DNA from: a virus
Lineage: Duplodnaviria > Heunggongvirae > Uroviricota > Caudoviricetes
Direction: 5' to 3' (one strand)
IMG/VR virus record: IMGVR_UViG_2529292834_000005
Coordinates: 1 to 27,540 of that record
DNA length: 27,540 nucleotides
Shown in pieces: positions 1 to 8,820 of this stretch. Position 1 is the stretch's first letter, and the number at the start of each line of letters is the position of its first letter. The notes below the pieces were generated by a model, which was not told the DNA's origin, ran no database searches, and worked only from the letters and a program-made list of their open reading frames with translations. The translations under genes and the position numbers were made by a program.

Positions 1-462
1 CCTCCGGCAGGAAACAACAGCACCCTGATTGCCAGCACCGCCTTTGTACAGGCTGCTATTCTTGCCCTGATTGGTGGTGCACCGGCAACGCTGGATACGC
101 TGAAAGAAATTGCAGCAGCTATCAATAATGATCCGAATTTCAGTACCACCATTAACAATGCGCTGGCACTGAAAGCACCGCTGGCAAGTCCGGCCCTGAC
201 CGGAACGCCAACGGCTCCCACTGCTGTTCAGTCAACGAATAATACGCAGATTGCCACTACCGCGTTTGTGAAATCTGCTGTTGCGGGGCTGGTTGGTTCG
301 TCGCCGGAGGCGCTGGACACACTGAATGAACTGGCGGCTGCGCTGGGGAATGATCCTAACTTTGCGACAACAGTGATGAACGCGCTGGCGGGTAAACAGC
401 CACTTGATGCCACGCTGACGAATCTAAGCGGGAAAAGTGTTTCGGCCCTTCTACAATACCTT
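1..462. repeat. Left copy of perfect inverted repeat (window-truncated), encodes central tail-fiber segment
   Basis: Seen directly: position x pairs with position 2414-x; reverse complement of 1-60 equals 2354-2413; identical 61-aa shadow ORFs at 228-413(-) and 2001-2186(+); identity stops after 462/1952. Confidence 0.95.
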
Positions 463-771
463 GGTTTAAGGGCAAGCGGTCAGTACACCGATAACTTGTT
501 ATTTACAGGCCCTGATGGACTTAAGATTCAGGTGTTTCGCAGAACGCTCGCAAATCAGACTACTGTCGGCGTAGTAAATACAGTGCCAGTGACTTTCCCT
601 GTCCCGTTCCCCGTTAATTGCTGGGGTGTTTTTTCTACCAAATTAACATGGGTTCAGATAGCCAACTCATGCGAGTGGGTAAGCAATACAGGTTTCACCG
701 CTCAGGTCATGATGAATATTGCTGTAAATACAAACACCTCAGAAGCCATGTTTTTAGCTATAGGATATTAA
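1..771 (+). CDS. Alternative tail-fiber C-terminal cassette (5' end beyond window), inverted relative to the H operon
   Basis: In-frame from position 1; first 154 aa identical to the central region of H on the minus strand, then a distinct C-terminus (GLRASGQYTDNLLF...FLAIGY); followed by its own assembly gene. Confidence 0.7.
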   Translation, partial: PPAGNNSTLIASTAFVQAAILALIGGAPATLDTLKEIAAAINNDPNFSTTINNALALKAPLASPALTGTPTAPTAVQSTNNTQIATTAFVKSAVAGLVGSSPEALDTLNELAAALGNDPNFATTVMNALAGKQPLDATLTNLSGKSVSALLQYLGLRASGQYTDNLLFTGPDGLKIQVFRRTLANQTTVGVVNTVPVTFPVPFPVNCWGVFSTKLTWVQIANSCEWVSNTGFTAQVMMNIAVNTNTSEAMFLAIGY

Positions 772-772
772 T

Positions 773-1213
773 ATGAATCGTTTTGTATTCAGCCCATCAG
801 AGTCCCGTTTTTATGCCATCGAATGGCGTGCTGATTATGTCGATAATAATTGCTGGCCGCATGATGCCATTAACGTTAGTGACAGCACTTATTATGAGTT
901 TTCCGGCACTCCACCTACAGGTAAGCAACTTATAACTTTAAATAATATGCCATCATGGGGTGATATTCCCCCGCCTACACGAGAAGAATTAATTGCCGCT
1001 GCTGATATGGAGAAACAAAAAAGAATAGATTTAGCCAATGATTACATGAACGTTAAGCAGTGGCCCGGTAAGGCAGCGATTGGCAGGCTGAAAGGAGAAG
1101 GGCTAACTCAATACAATCTGTGGCTGGATTATCTGGATGCACTGGAAGCGGTAGACACCTCCAGTGCTACGGATATCGAATGGCCTACGCCTCCGGGGGA
1201 ACAGGCCAGTTAA
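773..1213 (+). CDS. Tail fiber assembly protein, alternative copy
   Basis: 146 aa starting 2 bp after the alternative fiber cassette; shares PPxTREELIAAA and C-terminal WPxPP motifs with the minus-strand assembly protein; P2 G / Mu U family by recollection. Confidence 0.8.
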   Translation: MNRFVFSPSESRFYAIEWRADYVDNNCWPHDAINVSDSTYYEFSGTPPTGKQLITLNNMPSWGDIPPPTREELIAAADMEKQKRIDLANDYMNVKQWPGKAAIGRLKGEGLTQYNLWLDYLDALEAVDTSSATDIEWPTPPGEQAS

Positions 1214-1607
1214 CATGCTCAGGGTCGGTTGTCACATCAGCCGACTTAACTCCATTTTTATAGGCCAGCCACGCCGACAGCTTAGCTCTGTTGGCGTCGC
1301 TGATTTCACCGAGCATCAGTTCTGTTCGCCAGTCCAGCATAACAGCGTCAGCATGGGCCAGTAGTTTCTGGCGTTCTTGTTCGGCAGCAGCAATCAACTC
1401 TTCACGTGTCGCCGGTGGAATATCAATCCAGACTGGCATATTTTGGCTGGAACTTAGCTGTTTGCCTTCAGGCGGTGCAAAGTTATATTCATTTCTGACG
1501 CTATCAGAAACCTCTATAACATCAGATGGTAATGAACCATTGGTAAGGTATTCTTCTTTCATCTCGATGGGGTAAAAACCCAATGTGCTTGGCGAAAATA
1601 AATACAT
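1185..1607 (-). CDS. G: Tail fiber assembly protein (P2 gpG-like)
   Basis: 140 aa directly downstream of H on the minus strand; paralog of 773-1213; 3' ends of the two converge and overlap by 29 bp. Confidence 0.85.
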   Translation of the reverse strand: MYLFSPSTLGFYPIEMKEEYLTNGSLPSDVIEVSDSVRNEYNFAPPEGKQLSSSQNMPVWIDIPPATREELIAAAEQERQKLLAHADAVMLDWRTELMLGEISDANRAKLSAWLAYKNGVKSADVTTDPEHVNWPVPPEA

Positions 1608-1609
1608 GG

Positions 1610-3001
1610 TTATTTTCCTATGGCAATAAAATATGAAGAATTCATTCCACCCATATTGTATTTAGCAAAAAATCGGGTCAGGTCATTTACGTCACGTTGT
1701 ATCGATGGAAATTGTAGTGATGGTGATGCAGTTGTGGACATTAAAACGCCTGGCACAATAGCAATAACGCTACTCGGAAATGGTATAGGGAAATTGATAT
1801 ATAGCCCGTTAGAATCAAAAGATGCCTCGAAAGCCTGAATAACATATCCACTCGGCAACTTAAACCACCCGCCACCAGACTGAAAACTACTCATATCAGG
1901 GATTTGGCTTGCACCTGAGCCAACATCCCGTTTCGCCGCTTCTCCCAATTGAAGGTATTGTAGAAGGGCCGAAACACTTTTCCCGCTTAGATTCGTCAGC
2001 GTGGCATCAAGTGGCTGTTTACCCGCCAGCGCGTTCATCACTGTTGTCGCAAAGTTAGGATCATTCCCCAGCGCAGCCGCCAGTTCATTCAGTGTGTCCA
2101 GCGCCTCCGGCGACGAACCAACCAGCCCCGCAACAGCAGATTTCACAAACGCGGTAGTGGCAATCTGCGTATTATTCGTTGACTGAACAGCAGTGGGAGC
2201 CGTTGGCGTTCCGGTCAGGGCCGGACTTGCCAGCGGTGCTTTCAGTGCCAGCGCATTGTTAATGGTGGTACTGAAATTCGGATCATTATTGATAGCTGCT
2301 GCAATTTCTTTCAGCGTATCCAGCGTTGCCGGTGCACCACCAATCAGGGCAAGAATAGCAGCCTGTACAAAGGCGGTGCTGGCAATCAGGGTGCTGTTGT
2401 TTCCTGCCGGAGGTGTTGGCGTTTTAGGCATGCCTGTCAGAGTCGGACTGTCTTTTGGTGCATACTGCGAATGAGGATCAACAGCAGCAAGGTGCTTTGC
2501 CATCAGGTCATCCACATACACCTTAAGCTCCAGCACCTTGTCATCCACATATTTGCGGGTTGCCAGAACCACTGCAGGGTCAATTTTCAGGGTGATGTTA
2601 TCGGTGCTGCTGGTAATCAGTACCATACGCACGGTCTGCGTGCGTCCGCTGCCCTCCGCCAGCTTCGGCTTGTAGCTCTCCGGGCAGTTTCCCACAGCAA
2701 TCAGCGCGCCGGTTTCATCAAACAGGCCGACTTCACGAATCCACCACCCACCCTCATTTTCCGGGATCACCTGCTCTGCAATAATCTGGCTGCTGTTCTG
2801 CGGGTCGATATACAGCATATTCAGCGCTGCGCGGCGCTCCTCAGCAACTAACGCGGTCTGTTGCGCGTTGGGTGTGGGCAGCACACCGCCACCGCTACCC
2901 ACCGCCATATGGGTAATTTTCAACGGTACACCGAGCGCGGTGGCGCTTGCCAGTTTCGCCGCGCCGATATCCGTCAGCAGGGTGTAAAATTTTGCGCTCA
3001 T
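1610..3001 (-). CDS. H: Tail fiber protein (P2 gpH-like)
   Basis: 463 aa; N-terminus MSAKFYTLLTDIGAAKLA...MAVGSGGG resembles P2 gpH from memory; residues about 197-350 are encoded by the inverted repeat; unique C-terminal domain. Confidence 0.9.
   Translation of the reverse strand: MSAKFYTLLTDIGAAKLASATALGVPLKITHMAVGSGGGVLPTPNAQQTALVAEERRAALNMLYIDPQNSSQIIAEQVIPENEGGWWIREVGLFDETGALIAVGNCPESYKPKLAEGSGRTQTVRMVLITSSTDNITLKIDPAVVLATRKYVDDKVLELKVYVDDLMAKHLAAVDPHSQYAPKDSPTLTGMPKTPTPPAGNNSTLIASTAFVQAAILALIGGAPATLDTLKEIAAAINNDPNFSTTINNALALKAPLASPALTGTPTAPTAVQSTNNTQIATTAFVKSAVAGLVGSSPEALDTLNELAAALGNDPNFATTVMNALAGKQPLDATLTNLSGKSVSALLQYLQLGEAAKRDVGSGASQIPDMSSFQSGGGWFKLPSGYVIQAFEASFDSNGLYINFPIPFPSSVIAIVPGVLMSTTASPSLQFPSIQRDVNDLTRFFAKYNMGGMNSSYFIAIGK
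1952..2413. repeat. Right copy of inverted repeat, lying inside tail-fiber gene H
   Basis: Reverse complement of 1-462; may extend beyond 2413 but the partner would lie left of the window start. Confidence 0.95.
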
Positions 3002-3603
3002 GGGTTCACTCTCATCGTGTCAATAACATGGACCGCCCCGCCCTCATAAGCGGTGCCGCCGGAAATAATGGTTTCGTTGATATACGGGTAGATCGTGATT
3101 TCTTCGCCGGTGTAGGTGGCTGCCCCCACAAAATACGGGCCGCCAGTCTGCAGGTTGATGGACATACCAACCAGATGACGGCTGCATGGTTTGGCATCAC
3201 CGATCAGGCGCTCCAGCTCCAGATAGGTTTCTTCTGTTATCCCCTGGTCCTGCACGCCAATATCCAGACGGAACGTCCCCGGCGTTTCACCGGTCTGCCA
3301 CCACTCAATGATGCGGATCAGGAAGCCGAACGGCTCCACCACGCGCCGCACGGCGCTGGTTGTCCCCTTGTGCTGATGGATATAAAAAGCGTCCTGCACA
3401 ACGCGGCGCTTGACGCTTTCTGTCCAGCTCTCATCCCAGCGGTCAACAGAAAACGCCCAGGCCAGATAAGGCAGGAATCTGATCGGGCAGGTTGCCGGGT
3501 TCCACAAATCACGCAGCGATACCTGCAGATCGGAAATCCCGCTGCAGGTCTGCGCCAGTCTGCGCTCAAGCGGCGACGAACCCGGCGGCAACAGACTATT
3601 CAT
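2998..3603 (-). CDS. I: Baseplate/tail protein (P2 gpI-like)
   Basis: Start placed at internal ATG 3603 (MNSLLPPGSSPLERRLAQ...), giving about 200 aa and an 8-bp overlap with J; the longer ORF start at 3750 would run deep into J. Confidence 0.8.
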   Translation of the reverse strand: MNSLLPPGSSPLERRLAQTCSGISDLQVSLRDLWNPATCPIRFLPYLAWAFSVDRWDESWTESVKRRVVQDAFYIHQHKGTTSAVRRVVEPFGFLIRIIEWWQTGETPGTFRLDIGVQDQGITEETYLELERLIGDAKPCSRHLVGMSINLQTGGPYFVGAATYTGEEITIYPYINETIISGGTAYEGGAVHVIDTMRVNP

Positions 3604-4504
3604 CTGTGCCCCCGTTGGTGACGCTCCACTCTGTACAGGACGCCGCCTGCGTCTTATCCAGCACCACATCCTCCAGCGGGGACGCCAGTTCCACACGCTG
3701 GACGCCCTCCACATGCAACGCGGCATAAATGGCGCTGCGGCGGATATCACGTCCCAGCCGCGTCTGACTGGCGATGTATTTCTGCAGGCTGGCTTTTGCT
3801 TCTGCCATCACAGGCTCAGCCTCCGGCCCCGGATAAAGGAAGATCGTCGCATCCACGCTGTACGGAATAATTTCAGCGCTGCGCACCGTCAGGCGGTCTG
3901 CCACCGGGCGAACCTTTTCACTATTAAGCGCCTGCTCAACCACTGCCAGCAGGTCAGCCCCTGCTGTACCGTCACCCTCGCGACTCAGTACGGTAAGCAC
4001 CACCTCTGCCGGTGCAGGACTGGTTGCGCTGGCATCAGCCACGCGCCCGTCGGCGCTTCTGGCGTGGAACTCATAGGCTCCCGTCGGCCCTGCAACGGAC
4101 AGCCCCTCAAATGCTGCAGGAATACGCTGGCGTAATGCTTCATCACTTTCCATCACTGCGGCGACCGGCGGCACCGCGTCATTATCGGCAGGGACTACCG
4201 TCAGGCGCTTCACGTTGCAGTTACCTGCCAGTTGTTCAAGGTCATTCCCCATGGAATAGGCCACCATGACCGCCTGCGCAGCCTCATTAATTCGCTGACG
4301 CAGCAGAATTTCGCGGTAAGTATTTTCCTGCAGCAGTTTGGTGACAGGTTCTGACTCCAGCGCTAACGTACGCATAACGGCCTCCTGTCCATCAGCCGGA
4401 TGGAGGGCCACAAAGGCGGCCTTGCGTTCTGCCAGCAATGCCTCAAAGTCCGGCACATCCACAATCTGCGGCGGCGGTAGTTGGGAAAGATCAATGACTG
4501 CCAT
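3596..4504 (-). CDS. J: Baseplate assembly protein (P2 gpJ-like)
   Basis: Start placed at ATG 4504 (MAVIDLSQLPPPQIVDVPDFEALLAERKA...), about 302 aa, matching P2 gpJ length and N-terminus as recalled. Confidence 0.85.
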   Translation of the reverse strand: MAVIDLSQLPPPQIVDVPDFEALLAERKAAFVALHPADGQEAVMRTLALESEPVTKLLQENTYREILLRQRINEAAQAVMVAYSMGNDLEQLAGNCNVKRLTVVPADNDAVPPVAAVMESDEALRQRIPAAFEGLSVAGPTGAYEFHARSADGRVADASATSPAPAEVVLTVLSREGDGTAGADLLAVVEQALNSEKVRPVADRLTVRSAEIIPYSVDATIFLYPGPEAEPVMAEAKASLQKYIASQTRLGRDIRRSAIYAALHVEGVQRVELASPLEDVVLDKTQAASCTEWSVTNGGTDE

Positions 4505-4850
4505 TGTCTGCTCCTGTTGATACGGAAAGGGAAACTGGCGCGCCGTTATTGCTGTGTCCGATAAGCTCAACCACCATAGATCCGTCAAAATTGCCGCTGA
4601 TGGTGATGGAGTCCAGCGTAAGGCGCGGCTCCCAGCGGTTCAGCGCCACATAGACCGCAGCCATAATCTGCAGGCGCAGCGCCGGGTTCTGTGGCTGGTC
4701 AATCAGGGCAGACAGCAGGGAGCCATATTCCCGACGGGCAAGACGGCTACCCTGCGGAGTCAGCAGAATATCCCGCACCGACTGGCGCAGATGTTCTGTA
4801 TCTGCAATGGCCTGCCCGTCATTCCTGCTCATACCGATATACAACGTCAT
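4491..4850 (-). CDS. W: Baseplate assembly protein W (gp25-like)
   Basis: 119 aa, MTLYIGMSRNDGQ...GSRLARREYGSLL resembles P2 gpW; overlaps V stop by 4 bp. Confidence 0.85.
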   Translation of the reverse strand: MTLYIGMSRNDGQAIADTEHLRQSVRDILLTPQGSRLARREYGSLLSALIDQPQNPALRLQIMAAVYVALNRWEPRLTLDSITISGNFDGSMVVELIGHSNNGAPVSLSVSTGADNGSH

Positions 4851-5425
4851 ACCGGACCTCCCGTGTTGTCGCCGCCTTTCAGAACACCAGTATGCTCATG
4901 GTCATCAACCACGATCCCGTTAGAACTCATTGCGCCGCCGCCCTGGGTGACGCTGCCATTGATAACCATGTCACTGTTAATACGCGTTCTGTCAGCTTCC
5001 ACCACAAACTCACGGGTTTTGTAGGTGACGCTGTCTGCTGCCTCGATCACCATAGATTTGATGCCCCTGACATACCATCGTCCGGTGGCGGGTTCATATT
5101 CAAACCAGCCACCATCTTCATATTCGGTCACGTCAGCGCTTTCAGAATCTGACGGCGGCGGGAACTCATTGGAGTAAATAGCGGGAAGCGCAAAAGCCGT
5201 TTCCATATTTCCGCCCAGGCTGAACAGCACCACCTGCTCCCCTGGTGACGGACACCACCAGGTGCGAGACTTTCCAGCCCGATATGTCAGCCAGCTAATC
5301 CAGTTGGTTTCAAGCTCGCCCGTTTTCACCCGGCACAGCCAGCCGTCCCGGTCCACTTCGGTCACGGTGCCGGTGCGGATCAGGTTGGTGATAAGGCGCA
5401 TGATTTCGGTCAGTTGTGCATTCAT
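4847..5425 (-). CDS. V: Baseplate spike protein (P2 gpV-like)
   Basis: Start at ATG 5425 (MNAQLTEIMRLITNLIRTG...) aligns with recalled P2 gpV N-terminus; C-terminal HTGVLKGGDNTGGPV. Confidence 0.85.
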   Translation of the reverse strand: MNAQLTEIMRLITNLIRTGTVTEVDRDGWLCRVKTGELETNWISWLTYRAGKSRTWWCPSPGEQVVLFSLGGNMETAFALPAIYSNEFPPPSDSESADVTEYEDGGWFEYEPATGRWYVRGIKSMVIEAADSVTYKTREFVVEADRTRINSDMVINGSVTQGGGAMSSNGIVVDDHEHTGVLKGGDNTGGPV

Positions 5426-5471
5426 TCCGTGAGAGTGCATCAACAAAACAAATCAAAAAACCTATCGTCTT

Positions 5472-5489
5472 TGTATGGAGTCTCTTACA
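5472..5489. promoter_or_regulatory. TGT-N12-ACA dyad, candidate P2-type late-promoter activator site in the V upstream region
   Basis: Seen: tgt atggagtctctt aca; P2 late promoters carry such a dyad upstream of the -35 region (established knowledge); spacing to the V start is short, so the assignment is tentative. Confidence 0.3.
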
Positions 5490-5541
5490 ATGAAGCATCA
5501 ATACTATTTGTTATTTTATTAAATTTAAAAGCACTAACAAC

Positions 5542-6336
5542 TTGAGTTATTTAAATATGATTTTATATAAATATGTGGATTCGAAAACAGCGGAAATAAT
5601 ACTGAACACTTCGACCTTGAAATTTTCAAAGGCATCGTCCCTAAATGATCCCTTCGAGCTAACGAGCTTGCATTACGATTCTGAATCCGAAGATGCAGAA
5701 CAAGCTATGAGGTTTGTTGCAGCCTCTATGTCCTACGGTATTCTTTCACTTACCCGTAACCCTTTAAACCCTCTGATGTGGGCACATTATGCTAGGGGCG
5801 AAAAATTAGAAGGAACAAGAGGTATTTCTCTCGACATAGGAAACGGCTCCCATGCAGGATTTGTTTTTGGAATTGATGCAGACGCAGCAGGGTTAAATGA
5901 AAATGGTTCTAATGTCATTCCTGCGAAGTTTGGAAGCGTCATTTATGCTTCAACAAAACCAAAATCGCCCTTCATAAACTCTACTAATTCATTTTTCTAT
6001 GAAGGCCTTCAACACATATATAACCCAGATATACTTGAGGCACTACAAAGAACATTCCTGTATAAACCAGCTTACTGGTCTTATGAGGAAGAAGTTAGAG
6101 TTGTAAGAAATGTACATAGACGTAAAACAGAAATCCAAGAGATAGAAAAATCAAGTATTAAGGAATTGTATTTAGGGTTTAGAAACTCATTTAATAAAAA
6201 TTATTTAATTCAAAAGCGTGATGAAATAAACGCTATACTGCCTCTTTGTAAGATTTATGTATGTGGCTTCGATCAGTCAGAGTGGACCTTTAACAAATTG
6301 CCTATTGATGAGGCTATCCGTCAATGCCTTGTTTGA
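5542..6336 (+). CDS. AT-rich accessory protein, 264 aa, possibly DUF2971-like
   Basis: Inserted between V and S on the opposite strand, 2 bp from the S stop; clearly lower GC than flanks; N-terminal LYKY...FSKASSLNDPFE recalls the DUF2971 signature, unverified. Confidence 0.75.
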   Translation: MSYLNMILYKYVDSKTAEIILNTSTLKFSKASSLNDPFELTSLHYDSESEDAEQAMRFVAASMSYGILSLTRNPLNPLMWAHYARGEKLEGTRGISLDIGNGSHAGFVFGIDADAAGLNENGSNVIPAKFGSVIYASTKPKSPFINSTNSFFYEGLQHIYNPDILEALQRTFLYKPAYWSYEEEVRVVRNVHRRKTEIQEIEKSSIKELYLGFRNSFNKNYLIQKRDEINAILPLCKIYVCGFDQSEWTFNKLPIDEAIRQCLV

Positions 6337-6338
6337 AG

Positions 6339-6788
6339 CTATGACTCCGATAACCAGTGCAATAGCGTTTCGCGGGTAATGGTTTCCACCTCATCATTCA
6401 CGCCCAGCAGGCGGCGCTCAGCATAGCGGACCTCCGGGCCTTTACGGCTGACGCGGTCACGCAGGCCGTAGTGGTGAACACGGGCAATACGCTGCACCTT
6501 GCCCTCAAACTGCACGCTGGCAGAGTCAGCACTGGCTGCAGTTTTCAGGTATTTTGTTGTGCGAAGCTTTGCAAACATCTGGCGTTTGATGCGTCCCTTC
6601 TTGCTGCGGGCTGTCACCCGGCGCGGCTCATAGCCGCTGCCATCAGGATTACGCTGCAGCCTGATGTTTTGCTGCTGCGTCCGGCGCAGCTGTTGCGCCA
6701 GCTGTCGCATCATACGTTTGCGGGCTGCCGGTTCCAGATTCGCAAGCAGCGCCGTCAGCCAGTCATCCACCCTCTGCAGTTCATCCAC
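6339..6788 (-). CDS. S: Tail completion protein (P2 gpS-like)
   Basis: 149 aa; conserved block RIARVHHYGLRDRVSRKGPEVRYAERRLLG as in P2 gpS by recollection. Confidence 0.85.
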   Translation of the reverse strand: MDELQRVDDWLTALLANLEPAARKRMMRQLAQQLRRTQQQNIRLQRNPDGSGYEPRRVTARSKKGRIKRQMFAKLRTTKYLKTAASADSASVQFEGKVQRIARVHHYGLRDRVSRKGPEVRYAERRLLGVNDEVETITRETLLHWLSES

Positions 6789-7212
6789 GTTTCACCGTCC
6801 ACATTTCTTCGGGTTCGTCCGGCTCCGGCACTGCTTCAACGCTTGACACGCTACCGTTAGTGCTGACCAGTACGCGCTCCGTCAGTTGCAGGTTCAGGCT
6901 GATATCGCACACATCGTTGCGCAGAATATCCACTTCAAAGGTGAACAGTTTTTCGCGCAGCTCCGGGTTATTGATAGCATCCGGCTGGTTGTCACTTAGC
7001 CACAGCAGCACAGGAGCCATCAGTAGATTCTGGTCGCCGCTGAAATCCTCGATCACCACGTTCAGGGTGTAGCGGTATTCCCATGACATGGAGCTGGCAC
7101 CGGTTGCCACCAGTGAGCCGTTATCAACGAAAAGGTGCAGCTTGTCCGGGTTGTCACGGACATAAGCAACCGTTTTATTCAGGGCGCTGCGTAAGGACTG
7201 CGGTTTGTTCAC
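6781..7212 (-). CDS. R: Tail completion protein (P2 gpR-like)
   Basis: Start placed at GTG 7212 preceded by AGGAG; N-terminus then reads VNKPQSLRSALNKTVAYVRDNPDKLHLFVDNGS, similar to P2 gpR; the ORF-track start at 7284 would overlap lysC heavily. Confidence 0.75.
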   Translation of the reverse strand: MNKPQSLRSALNKTVAYVRDNPDKLHLFVDNGSLVATGASSMSWEYRYTLNVVIEDFSGDQNLLMAPVLLWLSDNQPDAINNPELREKLFTFEVDILRNDVCDISLNLQLTERVLVSTNGSVSSVEAVPEPDEPEEMWTVKRG

Positions 7213-7465
7213 TGTCTCGCTCCTGACACGCAATAATCGTGTCCACTTTGTCAGCACAGACCGCCCAGGCGGCCTCGGTTTCATCCAGCACCGCGTTCAG
7301 ATCGCCGTTACTGCGCGGCGCTGACCTTTCCAGACGGCACTGCGTCACTCTGGGACAGCCACTCACGGTAAGCTGCACCTCCGGCGAGGGCCGGACGCTC
7401 CCGCAGCCGGATAATGTCAGCAGGCAAAGGAGTATCAGCCCAGCTGCGCAAATCCTCATTTTCAC
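7175..7465 (-). CDS. lysC: Outer-membrane spanin lipoprotein (LysC / Rz1-like)
   Basis: 96 aa with signal peptide and lipobox LTLSGC; reading frame starts inside lysB in another frame and extends past its stop, as in P2 lysB/lysC. Confidence 0.75.
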   Translation of the reverse strand: MKMRICAAGLILLCLLTLSGCGSVRPSPEVQLTVSGCPRVTQCRLERSAPRSNGDLNAVLDETEAAWAVCADKVDTIIACQERDSEQTAVLTQRPE

Positions 7466-7736
7466 GTTTCAGTTCCTCTATCCGGTGCTGGCGGCTGCGC
7501 AGCAGTGCGGTGGTCTGTTCCGCTGCCGCATAAAGCCGCGCCTGTTCCCGGCTGTTGGTTTCGGTCAGAATGGACAGGCCGATCAACTGACTGTTTTTCT
7601 TTGCCAGTTCCTGCGTTTTGCTTTTCAGCGCCGTGCCCTGCGTCTCAATGGTGTGACTGGCATTGTTAAGCCGCCACGACTGCCAGCCCAGCGCAACAAG
7701 AACCAGCGCCAGCCCTAACACCAGTGCGCGATTCAT
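7308..7736 (-). CDS. lysB: Inner-membrane spanin (LysB / Rz-like)
   Basis: 142 aa; N-terminal TM helix (LVLGLALVLVALGW) then coiled-coil-like charged region; position after lysA. Confidence 0.8.
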   Translation of the reverse strand: MNRALVLGLALVLVALGWQSWRLNNASHTIETQGTALKSKTQELAKKNSQLIGLSILTETNSREQARLYAAAEQTTALLRSRQHRIEELKRENEDLRSWADTPLPADIIRLRERPALAGGAAYREWLSQSDAVPSGKVSAAQ

Positions 7737-8107
7737 TCCCGCAATGCCTTTAATTCATCCTTGATTGCTAAGCCAATGGCAACGGTAGATACATAAACCA
7801 GCCCCGTCAGTTTCCACCCGGCAAGCAACATCACAAAGGCAACAGCCAGGCGCAGATACCAAGGGAGAGTAATTGCGTCCATCACACTTAATACCCTGCC
7901 CAGCAGGAATCTGACCTTTAGCCGGTCATTACCTGTCAGAGTGCAGGAATAAAGCCCGGTAAAGCAGACCAGAGAAAACGAGGCAAACTCAAACCACATG
8001 ATCAGCGCCAGCGGGAAAAGCGCATGGGTGGCAGGAAAAATCACATCAACCATCACAAGAAGCGCCAGAACCGAAAGCGGCAGCCAGTAACTTTTTAACC
8101 ATTTCAT
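7733..8107 (-). CDS. lysA: Lysis-timing membrane protein (P2 LysA-like)
   Basis: 124 aa with about four hydrophobic helices; sits between endolysin and spanins. Confidence 0.7.
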   Translation of the reverse strand: MKWLKSYWLPLSVLALLVMVDVIFPATHALFPLALIMWFEFASFSLVCFTGLYSCTLTGNDRLKVRFLLGRVLSVMDAITLPWYLRLAVAFVMLLAGWKLTGLVYVSTVAIGLAIKDELKALRE

Positions 8108-8108
8108 T

Positions 8109-8621
8109 TCAGGACGCTCCTTTTAAGCACCAGGCCATTTCCCGCGCGCGGCGGTTCTCCAGACCTTTATTTTTCACACCGTTAACGTAAATCCAGCGCG
8201 GTAGCTGGTTACATGCCTGCCACCACTGCTGACGATTGATATATGACACCATGGTTGACCTGCAGATCGCGCCGGTCCCCACATTGAAACCAATACTCAC
8301 CAGCGCATCGTAGACATGTTGCGGGGGCTTAACCGTCAGGCAGGCATCCAGCCTTTTTTCAGTCAGCAACACATTGTTTATTAACCCCTGCGCCGCCTGC
8401 CGTTCCGTGATAGTTTTCCCCGGCACCACCCCGGATGTATTTCCGATCCCGTCAGTCCAGACACCTGCGCTGCACTGATACGGCTGCAAACGACATCCCT
8501 CGTAATCGGCAATCAGTTTCAGCCCTTCAACGGAGGTTTTGAGCGACTGGAAACCGGGCAGCGTGGCGGCGACAGCCAGCACAGCCCCGACAAGGCAGCG
8601 CTTAACGATTGAAGGATTCAT
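8109..8621 (-). CDS. K: Endolysin, phage lysozyme with N-terminal signal-anchor (P2 gpK-like)
   Basis: Start at ATG 8621 (MNPSIVKRCLVGAVLAVAATL...); E-x8-D-x5-T catalytic pattern in YEGCRLQPYQCSAGVWTDGIGNT; alternative start at 8645 possible. Confidence 0.85.
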   Translation of the reverse strand: MNPSIVKRCLVGAVLAVAATLPGFQSLKTSVEGLKLIADYEGCRLQPYQCSAGVWTDGIGNTSGVVPGKTITERQAAQGLINNVLLTEKRLDACLTVKPPQHVYDALVSIGFNVGTGAICRSTMVSYINRQQWWQACNQLPRWIYVNGVKNKGLENRRAREMAWCLKGAS

Positions 8622-8817
8622 ATTCCCCCCGTGAAATTTTGCCATCGCGCAGCAACCTGAAAGACTGGTGTTTGTAGTACCAGTTGATAGCCAGCATCAG
8701 CACACCAATCAGCACGCCGCCAACCGTTGATGCATCCTTGAGCGACAGATCGCCCAACCATGCCAGCAGCACGGCGATGCAGTAAGTAATAAAGGCGCTG
8801 ATTCGTTCAAGCGTCAT
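8602..8817 (-). CDS. Y: Holin (putative, P2 gpY position)
   Basis: 71 aa, two hydrophobic helices and a charged C-terminus; directly upstream of and overlapping the endolysin start. Confidence 0.7.
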   Translation of the reverse strand: MTLERISAFITYCIAVLLAWLGDLSLKDASTVGGVLIGVLMLAINWYYKHQSFRLLRDGKISRGEYESFNR

Positions 8818-8820
8818 AAT

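Noticed and set aside
228-413. Identical 61-aa ORFs at 228-413(-) and 2001-2186(+)
   Set aside because: They are antisense shadows inside the two copies of the inverted repeat; their identity only reflects the repeat and is not evidence of a gene.
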